Source of the DNA: Chthoniobacterales bacterium
Lineage (GTDB): Bacteria; Verrucomicrobiota; Verrucomicrobiia; Chthoniobacterales; Chthoniobacteraceae
Length of the DNA stretch: 64,000 bases
Direction of reading: 5' to 3'
Assembly: GCA_038207335.1 (NCBI GenBank)
Contig: JBBQZX010000011.1
Location: 87,514 to 151,513 of the forward strand
Part shown: positions 62,234 to 64,000 of the stretch, one piece after another
How positions within the stretch are numbered: the first letter of the stretch is position 1
How the letters are laid out: each line of letters starts with the position of its first letter
Position numbers and translations under genes: made by a program
Notes under the pieces: generated by a model
Told to the model about the DNA's origin: nothing
Database searches by the model: none
Seen by the model: the letters and a program-made list of their open reading frames with translations, nothing else

Positions 62234-63032
62234 AGATTTCCGGACGATCAACTTTGAGGCTGGCGAACTCATCGGCGAACAGAGTGTGCGCCATTTCGCG
62301 CAATTGGTCAACGGGCTCGCCCCGCAACTCCGCCATTTCTACCAGTGAAATCGGTCGCACCTCTTCGTTGTTGGCGTTCTGGACGACGCGCACATTGATC
62401 CTCGCCCCGAATTCCGCCACGAGCGCGAACAGCGTTTCCTTCGAGCGAAAATGCGTCGCCGCGATGTTGTCCAGGGTGACGGCCCGGCCATCTTCGACAG
62501 CCCGCTTGACGACCCCGCGCACCGCTTCGCGAAACTCCCGGTGGACGTGGAGAACTGTCACGCTGTAGCCCAGCGCGAGCGCCCGCCGGATCTTTGCCCG
62601 CGCCGCAGCGTGATCCGACAAGGTGCCGTCCACGAGAAAATTAGCTCGGTCATCGGCACCGGTGGTTTCGGCCAACCAAATCAAAGCCGTGCTTTTCCCC
62701 GCACCGGTGCCACCGCTCGTGAACAGAATGCGGCGACGTTCGCGAGGCGCGATTCCGCGAATCTCACGCCGATAAATCTCATCGGCGAGGGCTTTGGCGG
62801 GATTGTAAACCGCGCGGGAGAATCGCGTTCGCGTCGCCTTGGTCGCGCGGTAGTCGGCGCAGAGTTCGCGTGCTCGATCCGTGTCGATGACGCTGCCGAA
62901 CCGCGCGAGGTATTTCGCAATCGTCTCATCCAGCCGCCCTTGAATCTGCGCGGCAAATCTCGCCTCCACGTCGGCTTCCACAGCCGAGAGTTTTTCATTT
63001 TTTGGAATGCGCAGCGGGCCTTCGTAATCCAT
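62199..63032 (-). CDS. Zeta-toxin-family P-loop kinase
   Basis: ILFTSGGTGAGKST, LVDGTLS, GYSVTVLHV, KRAVEDGRAV. Confidence 0.8.
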   Translation of the reverse strand: MDYEGPLRIPKNEKLSAVEADVEARFAAQIQGRLDETIAKYLARFGSVIDTDRARELCADYRATKATRTRFSRAVYNPAKALADEIYRREIRGIAPRERRRILFTSGGTGAGKSTALIWLAETTGADDRANFLVDGTLSDHAAARAKIRRALALGYSVTVLHVHREFREAVRGVVKRAVEDGRAVTLDNIAATHFRSKETLFALVAEFGARINVRVVQNANNEEVRPISLVEMAELRGEPVDQLREMAHTLFADEFASLKVDRPEIYEAFLQAGSRR

Positions 63033-63208
63033 CTATTCGAGAGTGTGACAAATGCCGAGGTGCGGGCGCACTTCAATCTCGCGAAGGCGGTTGTTTCCCG
63101 CGTCTTGAATAACTCTGCGAGTTACTCACAACTCCCCCGGCTAGAGCCGACCCTCTTGGATGGAGGGTCTCGCCGGGTGAGTTGCCGCCGCGAGAACAAC
63201 TCGCGCAC

Positions 63209-63604
63209 TTAATCATGTGGCGCATCGTCTTCGCTGATTTCTGCGACTTCGATTCGCTCGATGAACGCGCAGCCCGGCGCAACGAGGCCGGCGTAACGCG
63301 CTGGCGCTTCTCTGATCCAATCGACGCCGAGTTTTTGGAGTGCGAGTCCGAGTTCGCGCAGGTTGCGGCCAGTCACGCGAACCTCGTGAGAGCTGAAAGT
63401 GACGCACAGAATTTCGCCCTCTCCCTCGCGTTGGAGGTGAGCAAACGCGAAGTGGCTGTATGGCAGGACGAAGAAAGCGCCGTTTTGCAGATCGACGCGT
63501 AGCGCTTGTGCCTGCGGATTGTTTTCCCAAGCGACGAAGCTGGGCTCGGCTGGAGGAGCCGCGTCCCCGGAATTTTCGGCGCTCGCTGGCTTGCGCTTTT
63601 TCAT
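63209..63604 (-). CDS. Hypothetical protein coupled to the relaxase gene
   Basis: ATG overlaps the relaxase stop; globular-looking FFVLPYSHF...FSSHEVRVTGRNL. Confidence 0.65.
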   Translation of the reverse strand: MKKRKPASAENSGDAAPPAEPSFVAWENNPQAQALRVDLQNGAFFVLPYSHFAFAHLQREGEGEILCVTFSSHEVRVTGRNLRELGLALQKLGVDWIREAPARYAGLVAPGCAFIERIEVAEISEDDAPHD

Positions 63605-64000
63605 GGGGTGATTGCTTCGCGTTGCTCGACGGGTTGAGTTCTCCGTTTGGCGATGGATTTGAATCTCCGCCACGCGTCGGCCGCGAGCTGGCCTCCGCGC
63701 GCAATCCCGCGCACGAAGCGCCACGGGAGCCGCTTTCGCTGCGCGACGCCGCGCCGATGCAGATCGAGTGCAAGCTCACGGTCGCCCGACCGCGCCACGT
63801 TTTCGCGAAGCTGATCCGCGTCGCTCGTGAAAATCCTGATGCCTTTCCGACCGCGCGAGATGGTCACATACCACTGCTGCCGATTCGTCGCCGCGCGCAC
63901 CGCGGAATCCGAGAACAGCACGTAGTCCACCGTCTTGCCTTGCGAAGCATAGGACGTGACGGCGTAGCCGCGCACGAACTGCCGGTAATTGCTGTTCAAC
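63601..64000 (-). CDS. C-terminal SF1 helicase part of a MobF (TrwC/TraI-like) relaxase; 5' truncated
   Basis: GYAVTSYASQGKTVD and WYVTISRGR (helicase motifs V/VI). Confidence 0.8.
   Translation of the reverse strand, partial: LNSNYRQFVRGYAVTSYASQGKTVDYVLFSDSAVRAATNRQQWYVTISRGRKGIRIFTSDADQLRENVARSGDRELALDLHRRGVAQRKRLPWRFVRGIARGGQLAADAWRRFKSIAKRRTQPVEQREAITP

Larger units (their letters stand above)
60007..64000. mobile_element. Left end of an integrative (mobilizable/conjugative) element extending beyond the window
   Basis: tRNA att copy, arm-type repeats, HTH protein, zeta-like kinase, relaxase/helicase C-terminus. Confidence 0.8.

Overview
GC-rich bacterial DNA, probably from Verrucomicrobiota; this is inferred from two VPDSG-CTERM-type tails and the style of the secreted proteins. 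There are four blocks. (1) 1-26.9 kb is a co-directional surface-polysaccharide locus: wzm/wzt ABC exporter, two FkbM methyltransferases, an acyltransferase, about eight glycosyltransferases, wecB, a Wzy/O-antigen-ligase-like protein, two (alpha/alpha)-barrel proteins, a secreted beta-helix protein, an AsnB-type amidotransferase, DUF218, an exosortase and a Wza-like lipoprotein. (2) 27-47.8 kb is a PEP-CTERM-type sorting and regulatory system: two Fn3 proteins, PrsK/PrsR/PrsT, two VPDGG-CTERM substrates each behind a YGTCGG-N6-TTACA box and a sigma54 promoter, a 2340-aa metalloprotease/Calx-beta protein, and an RfaH/NusG paralog. A third box plus sigma54 promoter has no cargo gene and points antisense into the RfaH-like gene. 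(3) 48-59.9 kb is a dense two-component/phosphorelay cluster. (4) 60-64 kb is the edge of an element integrated at tRNA-Pro(GGG): a 3'-half tRNA att copy, phased repeats, an HTH/AT-hook protein, a zeta-toxin-like kinase and the C-terminus of a MobF-type relaxase/helicase. All calls come from motif recognition by eye; no database searches were run.
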